Positions 33,467-43,783 of a stretch of DNA of 64,000 nucleotides are shown piece by piece. The translations under genes were made by a program, and so were the position numbers. Within the stretch, counting starts at the first letter, position 1, and each line of letters starts with the position of its first letter. The notes beneath the pieces were generated by a model. The model ran no database searches. It was not told the DNA's origin and saw nothing but the letters and a program-made list of their open reading frames with translations. Source of the stretch: Gammaproteobacteria bacterium (GTDB taxonomy: Bacteria > Pseudomonadota > Gammaproteobacteria > JBCCGL01). The DNA lies in contig OZ255836.1 in NCBI GenBank assembly GCA_965277715.1, positions 3,200,001 through 3,264,000 on the forward strand, read 5' to 3'.

Positions 33467-34480
33467 TTGAGCAACCCCATTTTAGTGAATACCTGGCGTG
33501 GCGAGGTGATTGAAAACCGCCATCGCGGCGCAGTAGTTGTGTGTGATCCGCGTGGCCGGGTGGTGATGTCATTGGGCAATGTCGAAGCACTGGTTTACCC
33601 GCGCTCGTCAATCAAGGCACTACAGGCGATCCCGCTGGTGGAATCGGGCGCTGCCGATCATTTTGAGGTGAGTGAAGCCGAGCTGGCGATGGCCTGTTCC
33701 TCGCACGGCGCTGAGCCACTGCACACACAAACAGTCAACAACTGGCTGGCACGCATCGGTCTCGACCACACATCACTGGCGTGTGGTGCACACGCACCCC
33801 TGCACGCAAAGACGGCTGAGGCAATGGTCGCCAATGGGGTGAGCGCAAACCGCAGCCACAACAACTGCTCGGGTAAACACACCGGTATGCTGACCACAGC
33901 GCGCTTTTTTGGCGAGCAGGTGCAGGGTTACATTGAGCGTGAACACCCTGCCCAGCAACGCTGGTTTGATGTATTAGGGGATATGTCAGGGGTCGATATG
34001 CGCCAATTGCCCAGTTGTTTTGACGGCTGCGGCATTCCGGTTATCGCCATGCCACTGGCTTCTGTGGCCACGGCATTTGCCCGCTTTGCCGTGCCCGACG
34101 ATTTGCCGCAAACACGTGCGCTGGCCATCCAGCGCATTGCCCAGGCGATTGCCGCGCACCCGTTTATGGTGGCGGGTACAGGTCGTTTGTGCACAGAATT
34201 GATGGACGTCAGTGGCCCCAAGGTGATGGTCAAGACAGGTGCCGACGGTGTATTCGCCGCCGCCCTACCAGAAAAGGGTCTGGGTATTGCGTTAAAAATT
34301 GACGACGGCTCGCGTGAAGCATCAGAAGTGGCATTGATCGCCTGCCTACAACACCTAAACGCATTGTCTGAGGATGACCTGACCAGGTTGCAGGCGCGGT
34401 GGCAGATGCCAATTGTCAATACGCGTGGTATCGTTACCGGCCACCGGAAATCAGCAGCGGTGTGGAATATTCAAGCGTAG
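33467..34480 (+). CDS. L-asparaginase II family (Rhizobium-type)
   Basis: RSSIKALQA, CSSH, NNCSGKH, DGCG and KTGADG motifs. Confidence 0.9.
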   Translation: MSNPILVNTWRGEVIENRHRGAVVVCDPRGRVVMSLGNVEALVYPRSSIKALQAIPLVESGAADHFEVSEAELAMACSSHGAEPLHTQTVNNWLARIGLDHTSLACGAHAPLHAKTAEAMVANGVSANRSHNNCSGKHTGMLTTARFFGEQVQGYIEREHPAQQRWFDVLGDMSGVDMRQLPSCFDGCGIPVIAMPLASVATAFARFAVPDDLPQTRALAIQRIAQAIAAHPFMVAGTGRLCTELMDVSGPKVMVKTGADGVFAAALPEKGLGIALKIDDGSREASEVALIACLQHLNALSEDDLTRLQARWQMPIVNTRGIVTGHRKSAAVWNIQA

Positions 34481-34516
34481 TTGAGAAAAACCTTTAACCC
34501 TTCAACGGGAGTTGTC

Positions 34517-35053
34517 ATGCAAGAAACAGTCGTATTAACCGTCGTGGGAAAAGACCGCCCCGGTATCGTCAAACAAATATCGGCGGTGGTCAGTGAGCAC
34601 GGTGGCAATTGGCACGAGAGCCGTATGGCCTTGTTGGCCGGTCAGTTTGCCGGTTTGATGCGTGCGCAGGTGCCCATCGGCTGTTATAACGATTTATGCC
34701 GTGCGCTGGATGCGTTGTCCCGTGATGGTTTGCAGGTTACTGTGGTTAGGGATGCGGCGGTGGAAGCACCCGCTTCAGAGGCCCTGCAAAAGCTCAGTCT
34801 CGATGTGACGGGTAATGACCGCGCTGGCATTCTGCGGGATATTTCTACTGTCCTGGCACAGCATGGCGTCAATGTGGAAGAGCTGGATACCGAGGTGTCG
34901 CCTGCGCCAATGTCGTCGCATACGCTGTTTAAAGCCTCAGCAAAGCTCAATGCAGCGCCGGATCTCGATCTGGATATACTCCAGGATGCGCTGGAAACGC
35001 TTTCACACGATTTGATTATTGAGTTGGGTGTGCAGCGGCGTGTAGGTAGTTAG
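34517..35053 (+). CDS. Tandem ACT-domain protein (glycine cleavage repressor GcvR-like)
   Basis: Two ACT repeats (GKDRPGIV, GNDRAGIL); GGAG RBS before the ATG at 34517. Confidence 0.85.
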   Translation: MQETVVLTVVGKDRPGIVKQISAVVSEHGGNWHESRMALLAGQFAGLMRAQVPIGCYNDLCRALDALSRDGLQVTVVRDAAVEAPASEALQKLSLDVTGNDRAGILRDISTVLAQHGVNVEELDTEVSPAPMSSHTLFKASAKLNAAPDLDLDILQDALETLSHDLIIELGVQRRVGS

Positions 35054-35157
35054 TTTCGGGGGTTGTGGGGTTTCGCTCGCGGTGTTCTGGTGTTTTTTTA
35101 ACCCTTTACAGAGCAAGCAAGTCAGGTACAGGCCGTGAGAATACCTCGCTACTTAAT

Positions 35158-35255
35158 ACAGGTGTCGGCAACTGCTCCTGCGTTGCTCTATCTCCTGTAT
35201 CCATACAGTCGTACGCCAACTGTTTCTGTGGAAAAGGTAGGCTGATGCTGATTGC
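35158..35255 (-). repeat. ~97-bp dispersed intergenic repeat with GGA-loop hairpins
   Basis: Reverse complement of 50029-50124 with only a few mismatches. Confidence 0.9.
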
Positions 35256-35283
35256 ATTGCAATTCGTTTTAATCGAATCACTA

Positions 35284-35925
35284 TCAATTCTCAAGTTCTC
35301 GCCCAGGTAGTTGAGAATACTCTAAGTCTTTACAAAAATAGTGGTCGAGCAGTTCGTGTGCGTCGTCAAGCCCGGTTTTTTTTGTGGCGGAAAACAGTTG
35401 CAGTGTCGCCTCGATAGCGTTGGTTTCAAGTGATGCCTGGGTGGCGAATAAGACTTTCATCGCTTCGTTGCGGCTCAGTTTGTCGGCTTTGGTGAGTAGG
35501 CAGTGTAAGTCGACGGCGGAGGCGTGACACCATTCGATGAGTTGCCAATCGTAGGGGGTTAGCGGGTGACGACAGTCCATAACGATAATCAGGCACTTTA
35601 ACGATTCGCGCTTTTGCAGGTAGGTTTCCAGGTTTTTTTGCCACTGTTGTTGTACTTTTGCCGGTACTTTGGCGTAGCCATAGCCAGGCAGGTCGACCAG
35701 GTAATGGGCTGTATCGAGCGCAAAATAATTGATTAGCTGTGTGCGTCCCGGTGTTTTGCTGGTGCGTGCAAGCCGTTTTTGCCGGGTAATAGAATTAATC
35801 GCGCTGGATTTTCCGGCGTTTGAGCGCCCGGCAAACGCCACCTCTACTGTACTGTCATCTGGACATTGGGCGAGCTTTGCAGCGCTGGTGGCAAAACGCG
35901 CATTGTGATAGGTGGGGTTGGGCAT
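35284..35925 (-). CDS. engB: Ribosome biogenesis GTPase YihA/EngB
   Basis: GRSNAGKSS, KTPGRT, DLPGYG and TKADK motifs. Confidence 0.95.
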   Translation of the reverse strand: MPNPTYHNARFATSAAKLAQCPDDSTVEVAFAGRSNAGKSSAINSITRQKRLARTSKTPGRTQLINYFALDTAHYLVDLPGYGYAKVPAKVQQQWQKNLETYLQKRESLKCLIIVMDCRHPLTPYDWQLIEWCHASAVDLHCLLTKADKLSRNEAMKVLFATQASLETNAIEATLQLFSATKKTGLDDAHELLDHYFCKDLEYSQLPGRELEN

Positions 35926-36116
35926 GGTGCGTGTCAGATTTACTGTGTAGTGCGCCATTATGGCATGGAAACGCGGGTGATCCTTTAATCCCGTTCAACA
36001 TCATCTGGGCAGGGTTGCATTATCTCTGATAAAATTAACTGTTTATGTTGGCGATTTGCCTGTAGAAGGCGTGTGGCTGATATGACGATTTACCTCTATA
36101 GAATGGCGGAGTTTGT

Positions 36117-36728
36117 GTGATGAAGAATTTGGTTTTGCTCGGTTTTGCTGTGCTGCTGGCAGGCACAGGTGCGGCGATGGCGGCGGGTGATCCGGTGGCC
36201 GGAAAGGCAAAAACAGCGGCCTGTGCCGCGTGCCACAATGCAGACGGTAATGCCACGATTGCGGTCAACCCCAAGCTGGCCGGGCAGCACGCCGCTTATC
36301 TGGCCAAACAAATCCGCAATTTTATCAGCGGAGAACGCGTGGATAACATGATGATGTCAATGGTCAGCAACCTCAGCGAGCAGGATATAGACGATATCGC
36401 AGCCTACTATTCACAACAAAAACCAGCGCCAGCAGCAGTTGCCAGTGAAGAAAAACTGGACTTGGGTGAAGCGATCTATCGCGGTGGTATTACCTCGGTT
36501 GGCGTGGCGGCGTGCATTGCCTGTCACGGGCCTGGTGGCAATGGCAACCCGGCGGCAGGGTACCCCATGTTGTCAGGCCAGAATGCCGCGTATACCGCAA
36601 AGACACTGGGGGCTTTTCGTAACGGCACACGTGCCAATGACGCCAACAGTGTGATGCGCGCACTGGCTAAGCGCATGACTGACGAGGAAATTCAGGCGGT
36701 AAGCAATTACATTCAGGGCCTGAACTGA
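36117..36728 (+). CDS. Dihaem cytochrome c4
   Basis: Signal peptide with CAACH and CIACH; divergent from engB, as is usual for this gene. Confidence 0.93.
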   Translation: MMKNLVLLGFAVLLAGTGAAMAAGDPVAGKAKTAACAACHNADGNATIAVNPKLAGQHAAYLAKQIRNFISGERVDNMMMSMVSNLSEQDIDDIAAYYSQQKPAPAAVASEEKLDLGEAIYRGGITSVGVAACIACHGPGGNGNPAAGYPMLSGQNAAYTAKTLGAFRNGTRANDANSVMRALAKRMTDEEIQAVSNYIQGLN

Positions 36729-36740
36729 GTTGCACAGGAG

Positions 36741-36762
36741 AGGGGGTGCTTTCCACCCCCTT
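36741..36762 (+). terminator. GC-rich hairpin after cytochrome c4 (possible terminator or mRNA stabiliser)
   Basis: AGGGGGTG-CTTTC-CACCCCCT followed by TAT; weak U tail. Confidence 0.4.
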
Positions 36763-36918
36763 ATAGGGTTATCACCTATAACAGCCTGCCCAAACAGCAG
36801 GTTTGAAAACCACTTCAGGGTATCGGCTTTGAGTTCAGCCAGGCGTAGCTCAAGAGACTCTCTACGATAGTGCAACCCTGATTAACACAATAGCGAATCA
36901 TCCGGTCGCCTATTTAGA

Positions 36919-38973
36919 TTGATTGCATTGACTATATCCACACATCCAAAGCCTTCAGTAACACCGCGCAAGCGACCCATCGGCAAAGTATTGCTGGCTT
37001 TTCTGGGATCGATGAATCTGGCTATCAGCCTGCTGGTGGCAATTGCTATCGCCTCGGCAATTGGGACTATCCTGCAACAAAATCAACCCTACAACGACTA
37101 CATCATCAAGTTTGGCCCCTACTGGTTTGAAGTGTTTGCAGCACTGGATTTGTACGATGTGTATTCCGCCAGTTGGTTTTTGGGGATTATGGGGTTTTTA
37201 CTGCTATCGACCTCGGTTTGCGTTTACCGCAATACACCCAAAATGCTGCACGAGATGCGTAGCTGGCGTGAGAATGTACAGTTTAACTCGCTTCAGTCCT
37301 TTGCCAACAGCAGGCACTGGTCAGTGGCGGCATCCCCCGCGTCGGCGGCGGAGACTATCGCCCGTCTACTGCGGCAACGCGGCTACCAAATTCGCCGTGA
37401 AATCAAACCAGACAGTGAGGCCGGGGATGCCCAGCTACTCATTGCGCGCAAAGGCGGGCTAAACCGTATCGGCTACATCCTCACCCATGTCGCTATTGTC
37501 ATTATTTGTGTGGGTGGCCTGCTGGATAGCCGCCTGCCGTTCAAGGTTGGCGAATGGTTTGGGTATTTGCAGGCTGAAGTGCGCAATATTCCCGCTTCAG
37601 AAGTACCGGCTATCAGCCGCCTGCCGGTATGGAACCCTTCATTTCGTGGCAGTGTCGAGGTGCCGGAAGGGCAGCAGGCTGAAATTGCCTTTGTCAGTCT
37701 GCGTGATGGGTATTTGGTACAGGCACTGCCGTTTAGTATCGAGGTGGTGGACTTTCGTGTCGAACACCACCTCACCGGGCAGCCCAAATCGTTTGAAAGC
37801 GATTTGCTGATTTATGACGATGACCTCGCCGAGCCTTTACAGGCGACAATTGCCGTTAATCACCCGTTGATTCACAAAGGCTACGCCATTTACCAATCCA
37901 GCTTTGGCGACGGTGGTTCCGCCTTGCGAATGAGATTGTGGTCACTCGATGGCAGCACGGTCACGCCACACATCGTCGAATCCCAGGTCGATAAGGTACA
38001 AACCGTTGCCGATCGCGACGGTGACAAACAACTCGAATTTACCGATTTACGCCTGTTTAACATTAACCCGGTGGAAGGTGAAGACGGCAAAATCGAACAG
38101 CGTAACTTTGGGCCGAGTATGTTGTTTCGGGTGCGCAATGCAGCCGGGCAGGCACGGGAGTATTTCAACTATATGGCCCCGGTAACGCAAAATGGGCAGC
38201 AAGTATTTTTGAGTGGTATGCGCCAGTCACCTGCTGACCCATACCGTTTTTTGCATATCCCTGTTGACCGGCAGGGTGGTATTGGCCGGTTTATTGCCTT
38301 TATGCACAAAGCCCATGACCGCGACCTCATTGAGGCGCTGGCTGAAAACTCGGTATTCGCATCAATGCAGGCATCGGGGCTGGTAAAAGGTGATGCCGCT
38401 GAGGCCCTGTTAGGCTCGATGAGTACATTGGTACAGCAGTTTCTTGAAGGGGGCTTCGACAGTGTATTTGAAAACGTGGCGCAGCGCGTACCGGAAGATC
38501 AGCGTGAGCAGGTGTTTGGCGCCTATGTGCGCGTGCTGCAAACCCTGTTTGCGGCGGTCTACCGTGAAGTATTGGAGGAGGAGGGTATCGACCAGACGAG
38601 TGACGAAGACCTGCGTTGGTTTGATGCCGCACTGAGCGCGATTAGCGCGCTGCCCCATTACGGCACGCCTTTTTATCTGCAACTGGAGGGGTTTGACCAG
38701 GTACAGGCCTCTGGTTTGCAAATCACCCTATCACCGGGCAAAAATATCGTTTACCTGGGGTGCGCGCTATTGATTATTGGGGTGTTTATGCTGTTTTATA
38801 TTCAACAGCGCCGCTTGTGGGTATGGTTGCGCCCATCGGCTGCAGGCAGCGATGTGTTACTTGCCGGTAGCAGCCTGCGGCCCTCGCTGGACTTTGACCG
38901 GGAATTTGCCCAGTTGTCTGCGGGCCTGCACTACTATACAAGCGGTGATGAGGCCCCATTAACACAGACTTAG
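36919..38973 (+). CDS. resB: System II cytochrome c biogenesis protein ResB/Ccs1
   Basis: N-terminal TM segments with GTILQQ and YSASWF; conserved His (LTHVAI); VNHPL and YQSSF motifs; C-terminal TM. Confidence 0.92.
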   Translation: MIALTISTHPKPSVTPRKRPIGKVLLAFLGSMNLAISLLVAIAIASAIGTILQQNQPYNDYIIKFGPYWFEVFAALDLYDVYSASWFLGIMGFLLLSTSVCVYRNTPKMLHEMRSWRENVQFNSLQSFANSRHWSVAASPASAAETIARLLRQRGYQIRREIKPDSEAGDAQLLIARKGGLNRIGYILTHVAIVIICVGGLLDSRLPFKVGEWFGYLQAEVRNIPASEVPAISRLPVWNPSFRGSVEVPEGQQAEIAFVSLRDGYLVQALPFSIEVVDFRVEHHLTGQPKSFESDLLIYDDDLAEPLQATIAVNHPLIHKGYAIYQSSFGDGGSALRMRLWSLDGSTVTPHIVESQVDKVQTVADRDGDKQLEFTDLRLFNINPVEGEDGKIEQRNFGPSMLFRVRNAAGQAREYFNYMAPVTQNGQQVFLSGMRQSPADPYRFLHIPVDRQGGIGRFIAFMHKAHDRDLIEALAENSVFASMQASGLVKGDAAEALLGSMSTLVQQFLEGGFDSVFENVAQRVPEDQREQVFGAYVRVLQTLFAAVYREVLEEEGIDQTSDEDLRWFDAALSAISALPHYGTPFYLQLEGFDQVQASGLQITLSPGKNIVYLGCALLIIGVFMLFYIQQRRLWVWLRPSAAGSDVLLAGSSLRPSLDFDREFAQLSAGLHYYTSGDEAPLTQT

Positions 38974-39076
38974 CGTAAAAATTACCGCAGATTACAAGCT
39001 GGCTATTGTTGTACACTTTTGGGTATGGTCATTATCCAATGCCTATTATGCAGCGGTGCTGTAGTGGAGAAATATT

Positions 39077-40252
39077 ATGTCAACCAGTCAAAGCGCGCTT
39101 ATTGACGCATTTGATCAACCCCGGTTTTACCGGCGCCTGAATCTGCTCGATGGGTGCTGGGCACTGCTGTTGCTGGTAGTAACTGCCTATGTGTGGGTGC
39201 AGTATGGTGCGGCAATGGATGGCTACGAGCTGACTATTCTGGCAGGCACAGCGATCGCATTGTGTTTTTTTGGCTGGTACTGGAAACCCATACGCCTGTT
39301 TCTGGTGGCGGTCTCGCTGCTGAGCCTGTTGGCAATTTATCTATACAGCGGTGACCTGGCCGCCGCCGACAAAAACTTCTTTCTGAAATACTTTTTCGCC
39401 AGCCAATCGGCGGTGATGTGGATGAGCGCACTGTTTGTGCTGGCCACCGCGAGCTACTTTTTTGGCTTGATTATCGGCTCAGAATTCAGCGCAAAAGCAG
39501 CCTCCTCAATGACCTGGTGTGCGGCGGCGATGGGCTTGATTGGCCTGCTGGTGCGTTGGCGCGAGTCTTATATGATTCATGTCGATGTCGGGCACATTCC
39601 CGTCAGTAATCTGTACGAAGTCTTTATACTGTTTTGCCTGATCACCGCCCTGATGTACCTCTATTACGAGCAGCGTTATAAAAACCGGCAAATGGGGGGA
39701 TTTGTACTATTGGTTATCGCGGCTGCGGTGGGGTTTATTCTCTGGTATACCTTTGGCCGTGGCGCCCATGAAATTCAACCACTGGTGCCCGCCCTACAAA
39801 GCTACTGGATGAAAATTCATGTGCCGGCCAATTTCATTGGTTACGGTGCATTTGCCCTCTCGGCTATGGTCGGTGTCGCCTACCTGTTGCGGGTACAGCT
39901 TGAGCGTGGCGGCTCTTCTGTTATTGCAGCGCGACTGCCGGAACTGGAGCAGCTCGATGATGTCATGTATAAGTCCATCGCGCTCGGCTTTGCTTTTTTT
40001 ACCATCGCCACTGTGCTCGGTGCCATGTGGGCGGCGGAAGCCTGGGGCGGCTACTGGTCGTGGGATCCCAAAGAGACCTGGGCATTAATCGTCTGGTTAA
40101 ACTACGCGGCGTGGTTACATATGCGCCTGACCAAAGGTCTACGTGGTGTACCAATGGCGTGGTGGTCGATTGTTGGCCTGTTTGTTACCCTGTTTGCCTT
40201 TTTAGGGGTCAATATGTTCCTCTCTGGTCTGCACTCTTACGGTGAGTTATAG
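39077..40252 (+). CDS. ccsB: System II cytochrome c synthase ResC/CcsA (often annotated CcsB), WWD-domain haem-handling protein
   Basis: WGGYWSWDPKETW, LQSYWMKIHV and GLHSYG motifs. Confidence 0.95.
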   Translation: MSTSQSALIDAFDQPRFYRRLNLLDGCWALLLLVVTAYVWVQYGAAMDGYELTILAGTAIALCFFGWYWKPIRLFLVAVSLLSLLAIYLYSGDLAAADKNFFLKYFFASQSAVMWMSALFVLATASYFFGLIIGSEFSAKAASSMTWCAAAMGLIGLLVRWRESYMIHVDVGHIPVSNLYEVFILFCLITALMYLYYEQRYKNRQMGGFVLLVIAAAVGFILWYTFGRGAHEIQPLVPALQSYWMKIHVPANFIGYGAFALSAMVGVAYLLRVQLERGGSSVIAARLPELEQLDDVMYKSIALGFAFFTIATVLGAMWAAEAWGGYWSWDPKETWALIVWLNYAAWLHMRLTKGLRGVPMAWWSIVGLFVTLFAFLGVNMFLSGLHSYGEL

Positions 40253-40313
40253 CCGTTGTGCACGAATAGAGATGTGTTATATACAATTAGTCAATAAGTG
40301 GAGTTTATGAAAA

Positions 40314-40934
40314 ATGGTTAAATTTATACGGCGTTTAGCGGTTGCCCTGTGTGTCAGTAGTATATTGACTGCGGGCGCGATGGCGGCAGAGGGTTATCGG
40401 GACGTTTCACCGCCCCAACCGACCGACGGTAACGGCAAAATCGAGGTACTGGAGTTTTTCTGGTTTGGTTGCCCACACTGCTATCAATTTCACCCCGTAT
40501 TGGAAGAGTGGAAAAAAACCCTGCCGGATGATGTCGTGTTCCGCCCGGTGGCAGCGGTACTAAACCCCTCGTGGGTAAATCACGCACGCGCCTACTTTGC
40601 AGCAGAAATACTGGGCGTGGTGGATAAAATCCATACCCCCCTGTTCGATGAGCTCCACAAAAACAAAAAACGTATTTTCAAACTCGATGACCTCGCCGAT
40701 TTTGCTGAAAAGCAAGGCATCGAGCGCAAAAAATTCCTCGATACGATGAAGTCATTTGCAGTGGAAACCAAGCTGCGCCGTTCGCAACAACTGGCGGGGG
40801 CCTATAAAATCACGGGTGTGCCGACTGTCGTGATAGCCGGTAAGTACATTACCTCGGCCTCGTTGGCAGGAAGCTATCCGCAAGTTATTCAAGTGATGAA
40901 TCAATTAATCGAAAAAGAGCGGGCAGGTAACTAG
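40314..40934 (+). CDS. dsbA: Thiol:disulfide interchange protein DsbA
   Basis: Signal peptide, CPHC active site and GVP cis-Pro loop. Confidence 0.93.
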   Translation: MVKFIRRLAVALCVSSILTAGAMAAEGYRDVSPPQPTDGNGKIEVLEFFWFGCPHCYQFHPVLEEWKKTLPDDVVFRPVAAVLNPSWVNHARAYFAAEILGVVDKIHTPLFDELHKNKKRIFKLDDLADFAEKQGIERKKFLDTMKSFAVETKLRRSQQLAGAYKITGVPTVVIAGKYITSASLAGSYPQVIQVMNQLIEKERAGN

Positions 40935-40947
40935 AGGGCGTTAATCT

Positions 40948-41862
40948 ATGCAGCAAGCCCGCCATAAAGACCTCAGTGCACTGCTCGACTTTTATATCGG
41001 GCAGCGCGATAACCTGCCTGAGGATTTTACCTACAGCCAGGGATTGATCGATAAGCCCTGTTTTTTTACCGTTAAAGACCTGCAAAACCACCTCAATAAC
41101 CCTTTGCTGAGGCCTGAATGGGTACATATCAAAACAGCGGGGCGCGATGTCCTGCTGGATTCTGTGCTGTTGAAAAAAATTGTACAGCGCAGGCCTTTAC
41201 AGTTTATCGATAAAGAAAAAATTAACCAGGAACTGGGCAAGGGGTGTGCCGTTGTACTGGAGGGTCTGGATATTCTCGACCCGGAAATCAATGCGTTTTG
41301 TGCACAACTGGATAACAAACTGCCGTGTGGCCTGTCCAATAGCGTGGCGTTTTTCTCTCAGGCTAATAATGAAGCTTATCTAGGCCACTGTGATTCAGAC
41401 GACGTACTGGTGGTACAGCTGGCCGGTGCAAAAACCTGGCATTTGTTTGCACCGCAGCAAAGGCGGTACTTTGGCACTCAGAATTTAAACGACAGCAAGC
41501 TCGGCCCGGTTAAGCACGCCATTACCCTACAACCGGGTGATGCGCTGTATGTAAGGGCTGGCGTGCCACACCGCTGTATCACTGAAGGTGAGTTCAGCTT
41601 GCATATGTCATTTGATTTAATCGACAGAACTCCCGGCGTTGACTACATCACCCAGGAGGCTAACAAGCGCTATGGTCATGCCTGCGAGCTGCCTTATGCA
41701 CCAGGGGCAAAGGTGGTGGACAAATATATGAAAATCTTGCAATCGTCTGAATTTCGCTCCGAACTCAGTGCAAAAACCCTAAAAACGCGTATGGAGCTGG
41801 CTGATTTTCGCAAGTGCCTGGGTCGGTCTTCGGGTGTGCAAAACCTATCAAAATTTATGTAA
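40948..41862 (+). CDS. JmjC/cupin-4 family 2-oxoglutarate/Fe(II) oxygenase
   Basis: HCD (HxD), VVQLAGAKTW and PGDALYVRAGVPH motifs. Confidence 0.8.
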   Translation: MQQARHKDLSALLDFYIGQRDNLPEDFTYSQGLIDKPCFFTVKDLQNHLNNPLLRPEWVHIKTAGRDVLLDSVLLKKIVQRRPLQFIDKEKINQELGKGCAVVLEGLDILDPEINAFCAQLDNKLPCGLSNSVAFFSQANNEAYLGHCDSDDVLVVQLAGAKTWHLFAPQQRRYFGTQNLNDSKLGPVKHAITLQPGDALYVRAGVPHRCITEGEFSLHMSFDLIDRTPGVDYITQEANKRYGHACELPYAPGAKVVDKYMKILQSSEFRSELSAKTLKTRMELADFRKCLGRSSGVQNLSKFM

Positions 41863-42026
41863 TCGTACCAAAACACATATTTGTAATATGAGTATGCCGT
41901 GTAGTTCTTTGCTACCGGGTTTAAGGAAATGGTCTAATCTTAAGTTATTTAGTACACCGCCTACCTTAATTGATGGGTACAGTTAAAGTAGACGGTTTAC
42001 CAGCTTGAGTATATGGAGCTCATTGT

Positions 42027-43076
42027 ATGAATGATAATAACCTGTTAATACGCCTGTTAGCCGAGCGCGATGTGTTGCTGGCAGATGGGGCTACGGGCAC
42101 TAACCTGTTTGACATGGGTTTGCAGTCTGGCGATGCACCGGAATTGTGGAATATCGACCATCCGCAGCGAATCGAGTCGCTGCATCAAAACTTTTGTGAT
42201 GCCGGATCTGATTTATTCCTCACCAATACCTTTGGCGGCACCCGCTACCGTTTGAAGTTGCACAGCAGCGATCATCGCGTCCACGAAATTAACCTCGCCG
42301 CTGCGCGTATCGCCCGTAAAGTGGCAGATGCCGCCGCACGCCCGGTGGTCGTTGCCGGGTCGATGGGGCCGACCGGTGAGATTTTGGCACCGATTGGTGA
42401 TGTGCCGTGCGAGGATGTACAAGCGGCTTTTTTCGAGCAGGCCCAGGCATTGGCTGAGGGGGGGGTCGACGTCCTGTGGCTGGAGACGATGTCATCGCGT
42501 GAAGAGTTGGCATGCGGTATTGCAGCGGCCAACCAACTGGGTTTGCCGGTGGTGTCGACCATGAGCTTTGATACCAATGGCCACAGCATGATGGGTATTA
42601 AACCCAGCGAGCTCACCGCACTGGCCTGCGGTGTCGATCCGACATTGTTGGGAAGTGGCGCCAATTGTGGTGTCGGCGCGGCGGAAACCCTGGCGGCGGT
42701 ATTGAGTATGCAGCGTGCCGATATTGACAACCGGCAAATTCTGGTTGCCAAGGGGAACTGCGGTATTCCCGAGTGGGCCGACGGTAAGATAGTCTATAAC
42801 GGCACACCGCAGTTGATGGCCGAATACGCAAGATTGGCACGTGACGCTGGCGCCCGCATTATCGGTGGGTGCTGTGGCACCACGTATGAACACGTGCGCG
42901 CCATGCGCCGTGCGCTGGATGAAACACCCCGCAGCGCACCGCCACAGTTGGGTGACATTGTCGCCACGCTGGGTGAAGTCTCTAACGGTATCCGGAGTCT
43001 GTTGGGTGAACGGACAGTTGTTGCGCAATCGTCCCGTGGCAGAGGGAATCGGCGTGGTCGGCGTGCGCACGAATAA
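42027..43076 (+). CDS. Homocysteine S-methyltransferase domain protein (betaine-homocysteine methyltransferase / split MetH module)
   Basis: LADGATGT, TNTFGG, GANC and IIGGCCGTT zinc motifs; no cobalamin-binding domain fused. Confidence 0.88.
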   Translation: MNDNNLLIRLLAERDVLLADGATGTNLFDMGLQSGDAPELWNIDHPQRIESLHQNFCDAGSDLFLTNTFGGTRYRLKLHSSDHRVHEINLAAARIARKVADAAARPVVVAGSMGPTGEILAPIGDVPCEDVQAAFFEQAQALAEGGVDVLWLETMSSREELACGIAAANQLGLPVVSTMSFDTNGHSMMGIKPSELTALACGVDPTLLGSGANCGVGAAETLAAVLSMQRADIDNRQILVAKGNCGIPEWADGKIVYNGTPQLMAEYARLARDAGARIIGGCCGTTYEHVRAMRRALDETPRSAPPQLGDIVATLGEVSNGIRSLLGERTVVAQSSRGRGNRRGRRAHE

Positions 43077-43159
43077 GCACGTGTAAAAGATTTCTCTCAA
43101 GTCTGTGGCTAAAGCGCCGTTATACCCCCTGAACCCATTCCATCAGGAGGTAACACCCA

Positions 43160-43738
43160 ATGAAATCTGCATTTGTTCCTTTTGTCTCGGCACTTTTACT
43201 TTCATCAGTCACCTTAACCAGTTTTGCCAACCAACAGACCGGTGCATTGGCCGACCTCGGTAAGAATGCCTTTCCCAAGTGGTTAAGTAATACCCTGCTG
43301 GTCGAGCAGGTAAAAGCACAAAATGCCAAAACCAGCCATCTGTCTGAGCCGGAGATTATTGCCCTGGACAAACAGTGGCGGGCAGAGACCAGTGCCAACA
43401 ACCAACCCCTTATTCAGGATGTATTAAATAACGCACTGTCGTTGTATCTCACTGAGATAAAAGAACAATCACAAGGCCTGTATACCGAAATTTTTGTTAT
43501 GGATGCCATGGGGCTCAACGTGGGTCAAAGCGATGTTACCTCTGATTACTGGCAGGGTGATGAGGCAAAGTGGAGAGAAACCTACCTGCAAGGCCCTAAA
43601 GCAGTACATATAGGTGATATCGAAATGGATGAATCAACCCAACAGTTTCAGGCACAGGTCAGCGTGCCCGTAATCGACCCGGGCACCGGCACAGTGATTG
43701 GCGCAGTCACCGTTGGCGTTAACGTCGACGCGCTTTAA
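43160..43738 (+). CDS. Secreted stand-alone PDC/Cache-like sensor-domain protein
   Basis: Signal peptide; EIFVMDAMGLNV...TSDYWQGDEAKW...VSVPVIDP...IGAVTVG; AGGAGG RBS; directly upstream of an MCP. Confidence 0.7.
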   Translation: MKSAFVPFVSALLLSSVTLTSFANQQTGALADLGKNAFPKWLSNTLLVEQVKAQNAKTSHLSEPEIIALDKQWRAETSANNQPLIQDVLNNALSLYLTEIKEQSQGLYTEIFVMDAMGLNVGQSDVTSDYWQGDEAKWRETYLQGPKAVHIGDIEMDESTQQFQAQVSVPVIDPGTGTVIGAVTVGVNVDAL

Positions 43739-43783
43739 CCCCCTCCCATCTGACCGTTGTATTCCACGAGGAGTGTAAGTCCT

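Noticed and set aside
41863-42026. Possible SAM or cobalamin riboswitch upstream of the methyltransferase
   Set aside because: No consensus recognisable by eye; an Rfam/Infernal scan would be needed.
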